64,000 nucleotides of DNA. It comes from the human T2T-CHM13v2.0 reference genome, Homo sapiens. The notes below the pieces were generated by a model, which saw only the letters and a list, made by a program, of their open reading frames with translations, was not told the origin of the DNA and searched no databases. The first letter of the stretch is position 1. Every line of letters starts with the position of its first letter. This document shows positions 1 to 17,210 of the stretch, in pieces. A program made the position numbers and the translations under genes. The stretch is taken from assembly GCF_009914755.1 (NCBI RefSeq), contig NC_060946.1; one strand, 5' to 3'.

Positions 1-41
1 TTTTTATATGGGCAACTTTCTGAAAGTCTCAAAGTGGGGAC

Positions 42-920
<879 letters not shown>

Positions 921-970
921 GTCTCCAGTTTGTTTAACAGTCAAATGGAAATGACAGACGCGTACTGAAC

Positions 971-1798
<828 letters not shown>

Positions 1799-3324
1799 TC
1801 AGTGTAAGAGAGAGCCCCAGAGGGGGCTTCGGTGAGGATTTTATTCTGTGTGGCTGAGGGCCCCAAGGTTGCTGTAGTAATTGGGCCCTGCCAGGGTATC
1901 CCTCTCCATAGCCCCTGCCCTGAACAGTTTCCACTGCAGGTGTCCCCAGGACAGCTCCCTCAGGGTGGCCCCTCCTAGGGTGGCTCCCCAGGGCAGCTCC
2001 TTGACCTTGCGTTTCTCCACAAGCTCAGGTTGCCCCTCGGGGAGGAGCAGGACCTGGTCTCCTGATGGGAAGCGCTTTCCCTGGTCACTGACCCTGCAGC
2101 CAGTGGGAAGGTGGACAGGGCTCTGGAAGAGCCTCTGGGGACCAGGGTGAGGGTTCAGGACTCGACTTCCACTGAAGCCCAGCTGTGTGTGGGGAGCTGG
2201 CATTTTCCTGAGGAAACATGAAAGCTCCAAGATAGAGGCCATGTGGGAGCAAAGTTTGAAGGGACTCCCAGAGATGGGGTGGGAAGGGGCTGGGCTTGAG
2301 GCTGCTGCTGACCTTGTGGAGAGCAGGAGGTGCCAGTCTCTGCCAGCGAGCCCCTTGATGTTACATTCCAGTGTGGTGTCTGTGCCTGTGTGTGGCGGGG
2401 CTGGGGGCAGGGGTGCGCTGCTGGTGCTTCCATCTGGAGCCAGAACAGAAAGCTGCTCGGTGGCCCAGAAATCTTTGAACCTGTAATTGGAGCTATCGCA
2501 GCTGGTTGGCGCTGTGAATTGGAGTTTAAAAGGAGACAATCAAAGGCACTTTATTCTCTTTCAACTGGAAGCTGGGAACTACCCCAGGACCGGCCCCTTC
2601 TTCCCGAGAAGAGCCTGCTTAGGGTTGTAGTGTTACGCAAATGGTGGCCCCTTCCCCCTGGGCTCTGGAGGCCGCTCAGGGGTTGCCCACGTGACAGCTG
2701 CCTCGGCCCAGCCCTGACCTCCCGGCCTGGAGGAGGGGATGTGTGTGCTGCCAGCTATGTTTGTTCAAAGCCAAGCTCTGCAGGCCATCCTGCCTTTTGG
2801 AGATGTGAGTTCTTTTTCTGCATTGACAGAGCCCCAATTGGAGGCAGCCTGCTGGGGTTCGGGAAGTGGCTCTGGACGCCTGGGGCATTGCTAATTTGGG
2901 ACTGACGCCCACAGTCAGGAGAGGGCCTTGAAATGAGGGGCATGGGTCTTGTCTTTTTGCACCTTGGACAAGGGATGGAAGAAGCCTCTGCATGGGGAGG
3001 GTGGGGAGTTGAGCTGCTTCAGCGGGAACACGTGGCCTGAGTGGAGGGATTCTGCAGCAGTTCATGAGACCTGCTGACATGGGGATCCACCTTAGGCCCC
3101 CTGGTGGCCTTCATCTTCCCCACCCCTGTGGGCCTGCTCCATCCTTGTCCCATCAACCACCTTGAGGCCCTCTGGTTGGTCCCAACTCTGAAAGGGCTCT
3201 GCTGGTCCCAGCTGGGCAGATACATGACCTGGCCAAGGGGGTGGCAGGTACTGACTGGGAGGTTCTTGTGGAACCCACTGGCAGGGAGAGGAAGGCAGGA
3301 GGTTCCCAGAAAGAGGGGCAGCCC

Positions 3325-3803
<479 letters not shown>

Positions 3804-3828
3804 TTAGTAAGGACCTGATCACCCTTTA

Positions 3829-6800
3829 TGTAACCACCCAGTGAGTTCACTTTGCCCGCTGCCTGCACAGAGCCGATTTATCAAGACAGGGGAATTGCAA
3901 TAGAGAAAGAGTAATTCACGCAGAGCCGGCTGTATGGGAGACCAGAGTTTTATTATTACTCAAATCAGTCTCCCCGAGCATTCGGGGAGCAGAGTTTTTG
4001 AGGGTAATTTGGTGAGTGGGGGAAGGCCAGTGAGTTGAGAATGCTGATTGGTTGGGTTGGAGACAAAATCATGGGGAGCCGAAGCTGTCCTCTTGTGCCG
4101 AGTCAGCTGCTGGGTTGAGGCCACAGGATCAGATGAGCCAGTTTATGGATCTGGGTGGTGCCAACTGATGCATCAAGCGCAGGGTCTGCAAATACCTCAA
4201 GCGCTGATCTTAGGAGCAGTTTAGGGAGGGTCAGAATCTGCACTGATCTTAGGAGCAGTTTAGGGAGGATCAGAATCTGCACTGATCTTAGGAGCAGTGT
4301 AGGGAGGGTCAGAATCTGCACTGATCTTACTTAGGAGCAGTTTAGGGAGGATCAGAATCTGCACTGATCTTAGGAGCAGTGTAGGGAGGATCAGAATCTG
4401 CACTGATCTTAGGAGCAGTTTAGGGAGGGTCAGAATCTGCACTGATCTTAGGAGCAGTTTAGGGAGGGTCAGAATCTGCACTGATCTTAGGAGCAGTGTA
4501 GGGAGGGTCAGAATCTGCACTGATCTTAGGAGCAGTTTAGGGAGGGTCAGAATCTGCACTGATCTTAGGAGCAGTGTAGGGAGGGTCAGAATCTGCACTG
4601 ATCTTACTTAGGAGCAGTTTAGGGAGGATCAGAATCTGCACTGATCGTAGGAGCAGTGTAGGGAGGATCAGAATCTGCACTGATCTTAGGAGCAGTTTAG
4701 GGAGGGTCAGAACCTGCACTGATCTTAGGAGCAGTGTAGGGAGGGTCAGAATCTGCACTGATCTTAGGAGCAGTGTAGGGAGGGTCAGAATCTGCACTGA
4801 TCTTAGGAGCAGTTTAGGGAGGGTCAGAATCTGCACTGATCTTAGGAGCAGTTTAGGGAGGGTCAGAATCTGCACTGATCTTAGGAGCAGTTTAGGGAGG
4901 ATCAGAATCTGCACTGATCTTAGGAGCAGTTTAGGGAGGGTCAGAATCTGCACTGATCTTAGGAGCAGTTTAGGGAGGGTCAGAATCTGCACTGATCTTA
5001 CTTAGGAGCAGTTTAGGGAGGTTCAGAATCTGCACTGATCTTAGGAGCAGTTTAGGGAGGATCGGAATCTGCACTGTTCTTACTTAGGAGCAGTTTAGGG
5101 AGGATCAGAATCTGCACTGATCTTACTTAGGAGCAGTTTAGGGAGGGTCAGAATCTGCACTGATCTTAGGAGCAGTTTAGGGAGGGTCAGAATCTGCACT
5201 GATCTTAGGAGCAGTGTAGGGAGGGTCAGAATCTGCACTGATCTTAGGAGCAGTTTAGGGAGGATCAGAATCTGCGCTGATCTTAGGAGCAGTGTAGGGA
5301 GGGTCAGAATCTGCACTGATCTTACTTAGGAGCAGTTTAGGGAGGATCACAATCTGCACTGTTCTTACTTAGGAGCAGTTTAGGGAGGATCAGAATCTGC
5401 GCTGATCTTACTTAGGAGCAGTGTAGGGAGGGTCAGAATCTGCACTGATCTTACTTAGTAGCAGTTTAGGGAGGATCAGAATCTGCACTGATCTCAGGAG
5501 CAGTTTAGGGAGGATCAGAATCTGCGCTGATCTTACTTAGGAGCAGTGTAGGGAGGGTCAGAATCTGCACTGATCTTTCTTAGGAGCAGTTTAGGGAGGA
5601 TCAGAATCTGCACTGTTCTTACTTAGGAGCAGTTTAGGGAGGATCAGAATCTGCGCTGATCTTACTTCGGAGCAGTGTAGGGAGGGTCAGAATCTGCACT
5701 GATCTTACTTAGGAGCAGTGTAGGGAGGATCAGAATCTGCACTGTTCTTACTTAGGAGCAGTTTAAGGAGGATCAGAATCTGCGCTGATCTTACTTAGGA
5801 GCAGTGTAGGGAGGGTCAGAATCTGCACTGATCTTACTTAGGAGCAGTGTAGGGAGGGTCAGAATCTGCACTGATCTTAGGAGCAGTGTAGGGAGGGTCA
5901 GAATCTGCACTGATCTTAGGAGCAGTTTAGGGAGGGTCAGAATCTGCACTGATCTTAGGAGCAGTGTAGGGAGGGTCAGAATCTGCACTGATCTTAGGAG
6001 CAGTGTAGGGAGGATCAGAATCTGCACTGATCTTAGGAGCAGTTTAGGGAGGATCAGAATCTGCGCTGATCTTAGGAGCAGTTTAGGGAGGATCAGAATC
6101 TGCACTGATCTTAGGAGCAGTGTAGGGAGGGTCAGAATCTGCACTGATCTTAGGAGCAGTTTAGGGAGGGTCAGAATCTGCACTGATCTTAGGAGCGGTT
6201 TAGGGAGGGTCAGAATCTGCACTGATCTTACTTAGGAGCAGTTTAGGGAGGGTCAGAATCTGCACTGATCTTAGGAGCAGTTTAGGGAGGGTCAGAATCT
6301 GCACTGATCTTAGGAGCAGTGTAGGGAGGGTCAGAATCTGCACTGATCTTAGGAGCAGTTTAGGGAGGATCAGAATCTGCACTGATCTTAGGAGCAGTTT
6401 AGGGAGGGTCAGAATCTGCACTGATCTTAGGAGCAGTTTAGGGAGGGTCAGAATCTGCACTGATCTTAGGAGCAGTGTAGGGAGGGTCAGAATCTGCACT
6501 GATCTTAGGAGCAGTTTAGGGAGGGTCAGAATCTGCACTGATCTTAGGAGCAGTTTAGGGAGGGTCAGAATCTGCACTGATCTTAGGAGCAGTTTAGGGA
6601 GGGTCAGAATCTGCACTGATCTTACTTAGGAGCAGTTTAGGGAGGTTCAGAATCTGCACTGATCTTAGGAGCAGTTTAGGGAGGATCGGGATCTGCACTG
6701 TTCTTACTTAGGAGCAGTTTAGGGAGGATCAGAATCTGCACTGATCTTACTTAGGAGCAGTTTAGGGAGGGTCAGAATCCGCACTGATCTTAGGAGCAGT

Positions 6801-8566
6801 TTAGGGAGGGTCAGAATCTGCACTGATCTTAGGAGCAGTGTAGGGAGGGTCAGAATCTGCACTGATCTTAGGAGCAGTTTAGGGAGGATCAGAATCTGCA
6901 CTGATCTTAGGAGCAGTGTAGGGAGGGTCAGAATCTGCACTGATCTTACTTAGGAGCAGTGTAGGGAGGATCACAATCTGCACTGTTCTTACTTAGGAGC
7001 AGTTTAGGGAGGATCAGAATCTGCGCTGATCTTACTTAGGAGCAGTGTAGGGAGGGTCAGAATCTGCACTGATCTTACTTAGTAGCAGTTTAGGGAGGAT
7101 CAGAATCTGCACTGATCTTAGGAGCAGTTTAGGGAGGATCAGAATCTGCGCTGATCTTACTTAGGAGCAGTGTAGGGAGGGTCAGAAGCTGCACTGATCT
7201 TTCTTAGGAGCAGTTTAGGGAGGATCAGAATCTGCACTGTTCTTACTTAGGAGCAGTTTAGGGAGGATCAGAATCTGCGCTGATCTTACTTCGGAGCAGT
7301 GTAGGGAGGGTCAGAATCTGCACTGATCTTACTTAGGAGCAGTGTAGGGAGGATCAGAATCTGCACTGTTCTTACTTAGGAGCAGTTTAAGGAGGATCAG
7401 AATCTGCGCTGATCTTACTTAGGAGCAGTGTAGGGAGGGTCAGAATCTGCACTGATCTTAGGAGCAGTGTAGGGAGGGTCAGAATCTGCACTGATCTTAG
7501 GAGCAGTGTAGGGAGGGTCAGAATCTGCACTGATCTTAGGAGCAGTGTAGTGAGGGTCAGAATCTGCACTGATCTTAGGAGCAGTGTAGGGAGGATCAGA
7601 ATCTGCACTGATCTTAGGAGCAGTTTAGGGAGGATCAGAATCTGCGCTGATCTTACTTAGGAGCAGTGTAGGGAGGGTCAGAATCTGCACTGATCTTACT
7701 TAGGAGCAGTGTAGGGAGGGTCAGAATGTGCACTGATCTTACTTAGGAGCAGTTTAGGGAGGGTCAGAATCTGCACTGATCTTAGGAGCAGTTTAGGGCG
7801 GGTCAGAATCTGCACTGATCTTAGGAGCAGTGTAGGGAGGGTCAGAATCTGCACTGATCTTAGGAGCAGTGTAGGGAGGGTCAGAATCTGCACTGATCTT
7901 AGGAGCAGTTTAGGGAGGGTCAGAATCTGCGCTGTTCTTACTTAGGAGCAGTTTAGGGAGGATCAGAATCTGCGCTGTTCTTACTTAGGAGCAGTTTAGG
8001 GAGGATCAGAATCTGCGCTGATCTTACTTAGGAGCAGTTTAGGGAGGATCAGAATCTGCGCTGATCTTACTTAGGAGCAGTTTAGGGAGGATCAGAATCT
8101 GCACTGATCTTACTTAGGAGCAGTTTAGGGAGGATCAGAATGTGCACTGATCTTACTTAGGAGCAGTTTAGGGAGGATCAGAATCTGCACTGATCTTACT
8201 TAGGAGCAGTTTAGGGAGGATCAGAATCTGCACTGTTCTTACTTAGGAGCAGTTTAGGGAAGATCAGAATCTTGCAGCCTCCAGCAGCATGACTCCTAAA
8301 CCATAATTTGTAATCTTGTGGCTAATTTGTTAGTCCTATAAAGGCAGACTAGTCCGCAGGGAAGAAAGAGGTTTGTTTGGGGAAAGGGCTGTTCATCTTT
8401 GTTTTAAACTGTCAACTATAAACCAAGCTCCTCCCAAAGTTAGTTCAACCTGCGCCCATGGAGGAACAAGCATGGCTTAAAGGCTAGAAGCAGGATGGAG
8501 CTGGTTAGATGTTAGATGTTAGATCTCCTTCACTGCTTCAGTCGCAGTTTTGCAAAGGCGGTTGCA
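3829..8566 (-). mobile_element. LTR8 solo LTR (ERV1) inflated by an internal minisatellite
   Basis: TGTAACCACCCA...GACAGGGGAATTGCAATAGAGAAAGAG at left and TTTTGCAAAGGCGGTTGCA at right match the reverse complement of LTR8 termini. Confidence 0.85.
4201..8272. repeat. 39/43-bp minisatellite, about 100 copies (CTGATCTT[ACTT]AGGAGCAGT(T/G)TAGGGAGG(G/A)TCAGAATCTGCA)
   Basis: Directly visible tandem array. Confidence 0.99.
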
Positions 8567-10176
8567 ATCATATCTGGTCAGGTTCCTCACCCTCCACCAC
8601 CTGGCAGGTGATGTTGGTCACTCTGGCCTGTCCTCAGCAAGAATCCTCTTCACACCTGATGCTTTCCCTTAGTACATTAACATCTCCTGCCCCCACCCTG
8701 CTCCTTGGCTATAAACTCCCAGTTACCCAGGCTGTATTTGGGTTTGAGTCCAGTCTTTCTCCCCCGCTGCCAATTCCCCTTCCAGTGGTCTCTATACCTC
8801 TGGTGATGGTCCTGAATGAAGTGTGCCTGACTGTGCTTTAACAAGGGTCATTGAGTCACTTTTGTCTCTGATATAGTGCCCTCAAGCTGTCTGCCCAGGC
8901 TGGCTGCAGGCATCCTCCAGCCTCCGGCCACTGAGCTTGCTGTTTCCCCAACCTGGAATCCTGCTCCCTGGACTCCTTCATGCCCACCACTGTGGCATTC
9001 TCTCAGGAGGGCAGCCTGGTCCCCAAGCTCTCTCTCCCACTCCTGTGCCCAGGCATGAGCTTGTGAAAGGAAAATAAATCTTGGGGCCCCAGAATCACTA
9101 AGCTAAAGGGAAGAGTCAAGCTAGGAACTGCTTAGGGCAAACCTGCCTCCCATTGTATCCAAAGTCACCCGTCTGCTCACTGAGATAGATGTATATCTGA
9201 TCTACTTATGACCTGGGAGTCCCCTCCCTGCTTCCAGTTGTCCCGCCTTTCTGAACCAAAGCAATGTTCGTCTTACGTATGTTCATTGATGTCTTGTGTC
9301 TCCCTAAAATGTATAAAACAAAACTGTGTTCTGACCACCTTGGGGACATGTTGTCAGGACCCCCTGAGGCTGTGTCACGAGCATGTGTCCTCAACCTCGG
9401 CAAAATAAACTTTCTAAATTAACTGAGAGCATCTCAGATATTCGGGGTTCACATTTTGGTAACCACGGAGGGATTCTGAGTGGAGATGCCCCTGATTTGG
9501 ACAAATCTCCTATCAGTGCTTGGTACCAGCATGAGCTAACTTTATGGCTCAAACCAACAGGACAATTTGCTGAGATCTGGCAGCATCCCCTCCAGAGAAT
9601 CCCTGAGCTTCCAAAATTTGGTTAAGATCTAAAGTTTATTTGCTGTACAACTCCCTTCTTTTTGGAGTTTGTCTTGCGTCCAACAAGGAAGGCAAGCTTT
9701 CATGCTTCCATGATGATGGAACGCAGGTAACTCCTTTATGGAGTTTGAGCTCGATCCCAGCAGGGAAGACGAGCTCGAGTTTTTTCCTGCTTCTAGGATG
9801 GTAGAGAGCCATCTTCGGCCTGAGACCCATCCCTAGGTAAGTAGCCGAATTGGGGTTTTGTCTTGGCTAACGTTTAACCATCAGCTGGTCTTAATTTCTC
9901 CATTAGACCCTTCTGTGATCATATTGTTGGGGTTTTTTGTTGTTTATTCTGGTCTTTCTCCCATCAGATTTGACCAACCATACCTGACTTGGTCAAATCT
10001 GAGTGAGAATTCCAAATTATGGATAACAAGCCTGTCTAATTTGGCTAAAATTCTTTGCAGCTGCAGAAGTGGAAAAAACAACAAAACAAAGAAAACCAGA
10101 GAACCATGCACTTGGTTTCTGTGTTTGCTTCGTTTTTTTTTAAAAAAACTTCTTTCATTTATTTTCTTTCACCCTA

Positions 10177-10566
<390 letters not shown>

Positions 10567-11173
10567 TCAGAACAAAGGCATCACTCGCCCCTTTTGGGGT
10601 GTCCTGTTTTCTTTGTGGAGTTTCAAGTCATAGGCAGATTCTTCTTCAGTCTAAAGCTCTGTTTTCCTGTATTGCATGACCTGACGTTTTTGGCTTTGGG
10701 GTACCAGAGATGACCTTGTACTGTGAGAGGATTTGACCTTGGCATGTGTAATTGTGGACAACAGCTACAAAGTTAGGGGTGACTGAGCACAGTTTACAGG
10801 GAGTAGTCTTGGCTGTTTTTCTTTCTCTCCTAGAAAGTTGTTGTTTAGTGATCCTAATTCTAGTTTGGAGATGCATTCTAAAGGGCCTGCTCTATTGCTT
10901 TTTCTCCCAAAATTAATCATGATTTTGCTTGTCTGTGTGTATTTGAGTGAGGAACTGAACTGTTGTTTTCATAGGAGTGCTCAAAAGGGGGTTGTTCTCC
11001 TTCTCTCATTCCTAGATTTGGGAGGCACGATCTCAGGCACTGCACTCCAGCCTGGGTGACAGATTAAGACTCTGTCTAAAAAAAAAAAAAATTAATGAAT
11101 GAATTAATTAATGTGTATACAATGTTTCACTATTGAATTTATTAAGAGCTGTAATTAATTGATTTAAGAAAAT

Positions 11174-11486
11174 AGCCAGGCACAGTGGCTCACGCCTGTA
11201 ATCCCAGCACTTTGGGAGGCCGAGGTGGGCGGATCATGAGGTCAGGAGTTCGAGACCAGCCTGGTTAACATGGTGAAACCCCATCTCTACTAAAAATACA
11301 GAAAATTAGCTTGGCGTGGTGGTGCGCACCTGTAATCCCAGCTACTCAGGAGGCTGAGACAGAAGAATCACTTGAACCCAGGAGGTGAGGTTGCAGTGAG
11401 CCAAGATCGTGCCACTACACCCCAGCCTGGGTGACAGAGCTAGACTTCATCTCAAAAAAAGAAAAGAAAAGAAAAGAAAAGAAAAG
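11174..11486 (+). mobile_element. AluS element with (GAAAA)n tail
   Basis: Alu consensus. Confidence 0.9.
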
Positions 11487-12212
11487 CGTTTGCATCAAAT
11501 ACTTTATCAGGAAAAAAGAAAAGACTAGTCAAATGCTTTTTCAAGTTTACATAACTTATGTACAATCTTTAATAAGCTAGCAAATTATTGGTAAAGTAAT
11601 ATTAGAAATGTCTTAAGAATTGCCAGCATACATTTTTGTTTGCATTTATTGATCAAGCAATTTCATACTTATCCCTGCCAAATACTATAAGGTGTCAAAA
11701 TTGGCATAGGGGTTACATAGGTTACCCTAACCCTAACTATAAACCCAACCCTTGTGTAATTGCTTTTGTAATTTTTAATAAATAAGACATTGATATTGGT
11801 TTAATGAAAACAGCTACATCTCGAATTTAGTAAGATTACCATAACTTCTAATCTTGTGGCTTTAGGTGTTCTAGTCCACAGGCCATAAGGTTTGTTTTGG
11901 GAGAGGATTGTTATCGTCTTTGTTTCAAAGCTAAACTATAAACTAAGTTCCTCCTAAAGTTTGTTCAGCCTATGCCCAGGAATGAACAAAGACAGCTTGG
12001 AGGTTAGAAGCAAGATGGAGTCAATTAGGTCAAATCTTTTCACTGTCTCAGTTATAATTTTGCAAATGGTGGTTCTATAACTTTAAATGATGTCTATTGT
12101 AGTTTTCATAAATAATCTAGGTAAATGATTAAAATAAAATAATTAGGTAAATGTAATGGTATAAGTAATTATAGACAAACTCATCATAATTTAGAATCTA
12201 AAGTTATATTAA

Positions 12213-12517
<305 letters not shown>

Positions 12518-12993
12518 TAAATAATGGATATTTCATTATTTGGGTATTTTCCAATAAAAATATGTTGTAGGAAAACATTCTTTCTAAAAAATGTGTGTCC
12601 TTTTTAAAATGGTGAACAATTTTTGTCTAACTGAAAGCGCATTTAAAGGTTATATATAAAACAAGGGAAAAGGAACCAGGAAATAAGAGAGATGTAAAGA
12701 AAGCTATAAAAATAAAGAGCTTTTTTTTTTTGTAAGAAAACTTAAAGAGAAATAATGTAATATGAGAAAGAATCTTGTATGGTAAATTTAGTCCTATGTA
12801 CAATGACTGTTTAAGAAAGAGGGTTGTTCAAGACAAACCAGAAAGTCCAAGCATGTCACGAATGGTCTGTGTAAGTCACAATAAGAGGATTTGTAAAAAA
12901 AACCCAAAAATTTTTATATGATCAAGTTGTCTATAATTAAAGGGAAATCACATGGTCTTTCTAGAGATTGGGCTTGATGTAAAAACAATTTAT

Positions 12994-13326
<333 letters not shown>

Positions 13327-14585
13327 TTAAAGGATTAATTGACTCAATAAATTATAAGAGATTTAATTTTTTTAATGCAAAGTTCAACTTTTATTGCATC
13401 TTGCTGTTTTTTTTGTTTTCTCTCCCTTTTTAAAGGGTACAAAATAGTAATGCTCTCCTTAAACTCATTTTCAGCTCATTTAAGTTTTTTTCCTTGAGTT
13501 CTGTTTGTTGTGGCTTGATACTAACAATGTTTTCTTAAAGGTCTAAAGGAAATGTTTTCTTCCAACATAATATTCTGTGCAGTGCAGAAGGTCTTTTTTT
13601 TTTTACCTTTTGGTAACTGGCCTAACAGATTTTATGGTTTATCAAAACAATTCCTATGCCATTATTATTAAGTTTTGGTTTGCTTAGGAAGAAAGAGATT
13701 TAAAAAATTTTTTTTAAATTAAGGTTATTACATCTGTGTATCCTTTGTATGTGGTTTTAAAGTCCTTATGGCATTGAGTTACAGGGCTTTGACTCCTGGG
13801 TCTGAAAAGGACACCAAGTCCTGCTAAATCTTAAACACTGACAGCAATTCAAGCCTCATCTTCGGGCCTGGTAGAAGGTGCCAATCAAAATAAACTTCAT
13901 TCCTGAGACACAGAGACTAAAGCTATTCAACTCCTGAAGGCCCAAGGACGATTGTGGAAGAGGTGGACATGTGAGGTTGTAAGGGCTGATTTGAGAGATA
14001 AAATAAGTTCAGTTTCTCTATAAATTAATCATTGCTGTCAAAGGCACACTTATGCAAGACCAGAATATGAGCCCCTGTGTCAGATTAACATGGTTTTCTT
14101 AAAGCATTAACTGACTCCTTAATAAAGGTTATAAAAGGCTTGTGGAAGTTATATCTTATGGTCAATATTAAAATTTTACAGATTGTTTATAAAATTTTGA
14201 AAAACAAATTTAATTGGCTTCATGCTGTTTTTATTAGGGCTTATTGTTTGGAAAATTAAGTCTTCTCTCTCAAAGAATGAAGGCTTTTGCCTTTTTTTTT
14301 TAAAATTCTTGAGCTATCACTTTGGTCAAGTGAATTACTTATTTTACAATGCCCTGTGATATCAAGTGTTTTAAACCTTTGATATTCAACAAACTTTCCA
14401 AAATCAAATTATAAATTCTGTCTTTTTCTGACCGAATTAATCCTTTAAGATATTAGGTTTCCTAAAGTCAAAAGAATGACATAATTTGGCTTATTTGGTA
14501 TAAAAATTATATAGAAAGTATGCTTTCCTTTAAGGAATCCAACTCGACTTATGGAGCCAATAAAAGCCCCATGGGAAAACTGACC

Positions 14586-14841
14586 TTAGACCTTTTCCAC
14601 AGTCCCTGTATAGCATAAAGAATGTAAAGTCGAGTCCCTGTGGTAATTAGACCTTGTCCACAGTCCCTGTACAGTGTAAAGTAAAGAATGTAAAGTCGAG
14701 TCCCTGTGGTAATTAGACCTCGTCCACAGTCCCTGTACAGTGTAAAGAATGTAAAGTCGAGTCCCTGTGGTAATTAGACCTTCTCCACAGTCCCTGGACA
14801 GGGTGAAGTAAAGAAAATGTAAAGTCGAATCCCTGTGGTAA
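14586..14841. repeat. 61-68-bp tandem repeat, 4 copies, in provirus interior
   Basis: TTAGACC..CCACAGTCCCTG..AAAGAATGTAAAGTCGAGTCCCTGTGGTAA starting at 14586, 14647, 14713, 14774. Confidence 0.92.
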
Positions 14842-14860
14842 GTAAACAATGTCAGGTTCT

Positions 14861-15211
<351 letters not shown>

Positions 15212-15465
15212 TTATCTTGGAACTTCAAGAGGAGAGGAATTCACCCGACTCATAGGTATTTGATGGTACCAGTCCATGGCTGGGCTCGACTTTTTAAAAA
15301 GTCTTATCTGAGATTCCATCTATGGAACAAAGTTCCATCAAAGCCAATTTAAAAGCCTATGTAAAAATATAATTATTCTTGCCACACTGTATACAAAGAA
15401 TCAGGCCAAGTATAATAGAGCAAATCAATCCCACCATGATTTGTCTTTAGTAAAAATGGGAAACT

Positions 15466-15789
<324 letters not shown>

Positions 15790-15949
15790 TCAAAACCTAT
15801 AGTACACCTGTTGTTAGATTCTAGTCTTGCCTAATGTTTTTCAATTTTTATTATTTTCTACAGTTTGGACAGAATTCTAATTTTTCTTGCCTACAAGTCT
15901 TCAAAATAATGTTTTCAATTTTTTTCTTCTTTTTTCCCCCTTCTTCTTT

Positions 15950-16248
15950 CTCTTTTTTTTTTTTTTTTTTAGATAGAGTCTCACTCTGTCACCAGGCTGG
16001 AGTGCAGTGGCACGATCTTGGCTCACTGCAACCTCGCTTCCCAAGTTCAAGCGATTCCCCTGCCTCAGCCTCCCAAGTAGCTGGGACTACAGGCGCCTGC
16101 CACATGCCTGGCTGATTTTTGTTGTATTTTTAGTAGAGACGGGGTTTCACCATGTTGGCCAGGATGGTATCAATCTCTTGACCTTGTGATCCACTCACCT
16201 TGGCCTCCCAAAGTGCTGAGATTACAGGCGTGAGCCACTGAGCCTGGC
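15950..16248 (-). mobile_element. AluS element
   Basis: Reverse Alu consensus. Confidence 0.88.
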
Positions 16249-17210
16249 CTCCCCCATTTTTCTTAATTTGAAGTCACTGAAAACTAAGCTATGCTTTCTT
16301 AAAGCACTGCGAACCGAAGCTAGACAGCTTAAACTTCAGAAGAAAATAACACCAACCTATTTACATACATAAGCCACTTTCATACCTGCCTACTGATGTA
16401 TGGACTTCAGAGTAATGTGGCCTATATTGATCTTCCAGGATTGTTCTTTTGTTTGTTATTGTTTTTCTCCCTTCCTTCCCCTATTTTCTCTTCATAGGAC
16501 ATGAGAGACTTCACAACCTGTTAAAAATGAGCTTTTGTAATAACTCGAGACCTACCTATCTAGGAATAAGCCATCCTAACCCTCACCTGCGGCCAGAGAC
16601 TCATTTTCTTATGAAACACTTTCTCTGGAAGATTTTAAAAAAGAAAAAGAGGAAATGTGAAAGGAAAATAAATCCTGGGGCCCCAGAATCACTAAACTAA
16701 AGGGAAGAGTCAAGCTGGGAACTGCTTAGGGCAAACCTGCCTCCCATTGCATCCAAAGTCACCCCTCTGCTCAGTGAGATCAATGCATATCTGACTGCCT
16801 CCTTTGGAGAGGCTAGTTAGAAACTCAAAAGAATGCAACCATTTGTCTCTTCTCTACCTATAACCTGGAAGCCCCCTCCCCGCTTCCAGTTGTCCTGCCC
16901 TTGCTTTGAGTTGTCCCACCTTTCTGGACCCAACCAATGTTCATCTTACATATGTTGACTGATGTCTCATGTCCGCCTAAAATGTATACAATGAAACTGT
17001 GCTCTGAACACCTTGGGCACATGTCATCAGGACCTCCTGAGGCCATGTCACAAGCACGTGTCAACCTTGGCAAAATAAACTTTCTAAATTAACTGAGACC
17101 TGTCTCAGATATTCAGGGTTCACAAGCTGCTGCTCCTCAGCTCCTGGATGGCCTGAGTTAGGCAAGTTCCCACGGATGCTTTCTCACCTGCAAGTGTATT
17201 ACAATAGTAC

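Noticed and set aside
4103-7893. Leucine-rich (SVQILTLPKLLLR)n ORFs resembling LRR proteins
   Set aside because: Translation of a 39-bp tandem unit; starts are GTG, not ATG, and 43-bp units repeatedly break the frame.
4201-8272. CRISPR-like array
   Set aside because: Head-to-tail repeats with no unique spacers, no cas genes, and eukaryotic context.
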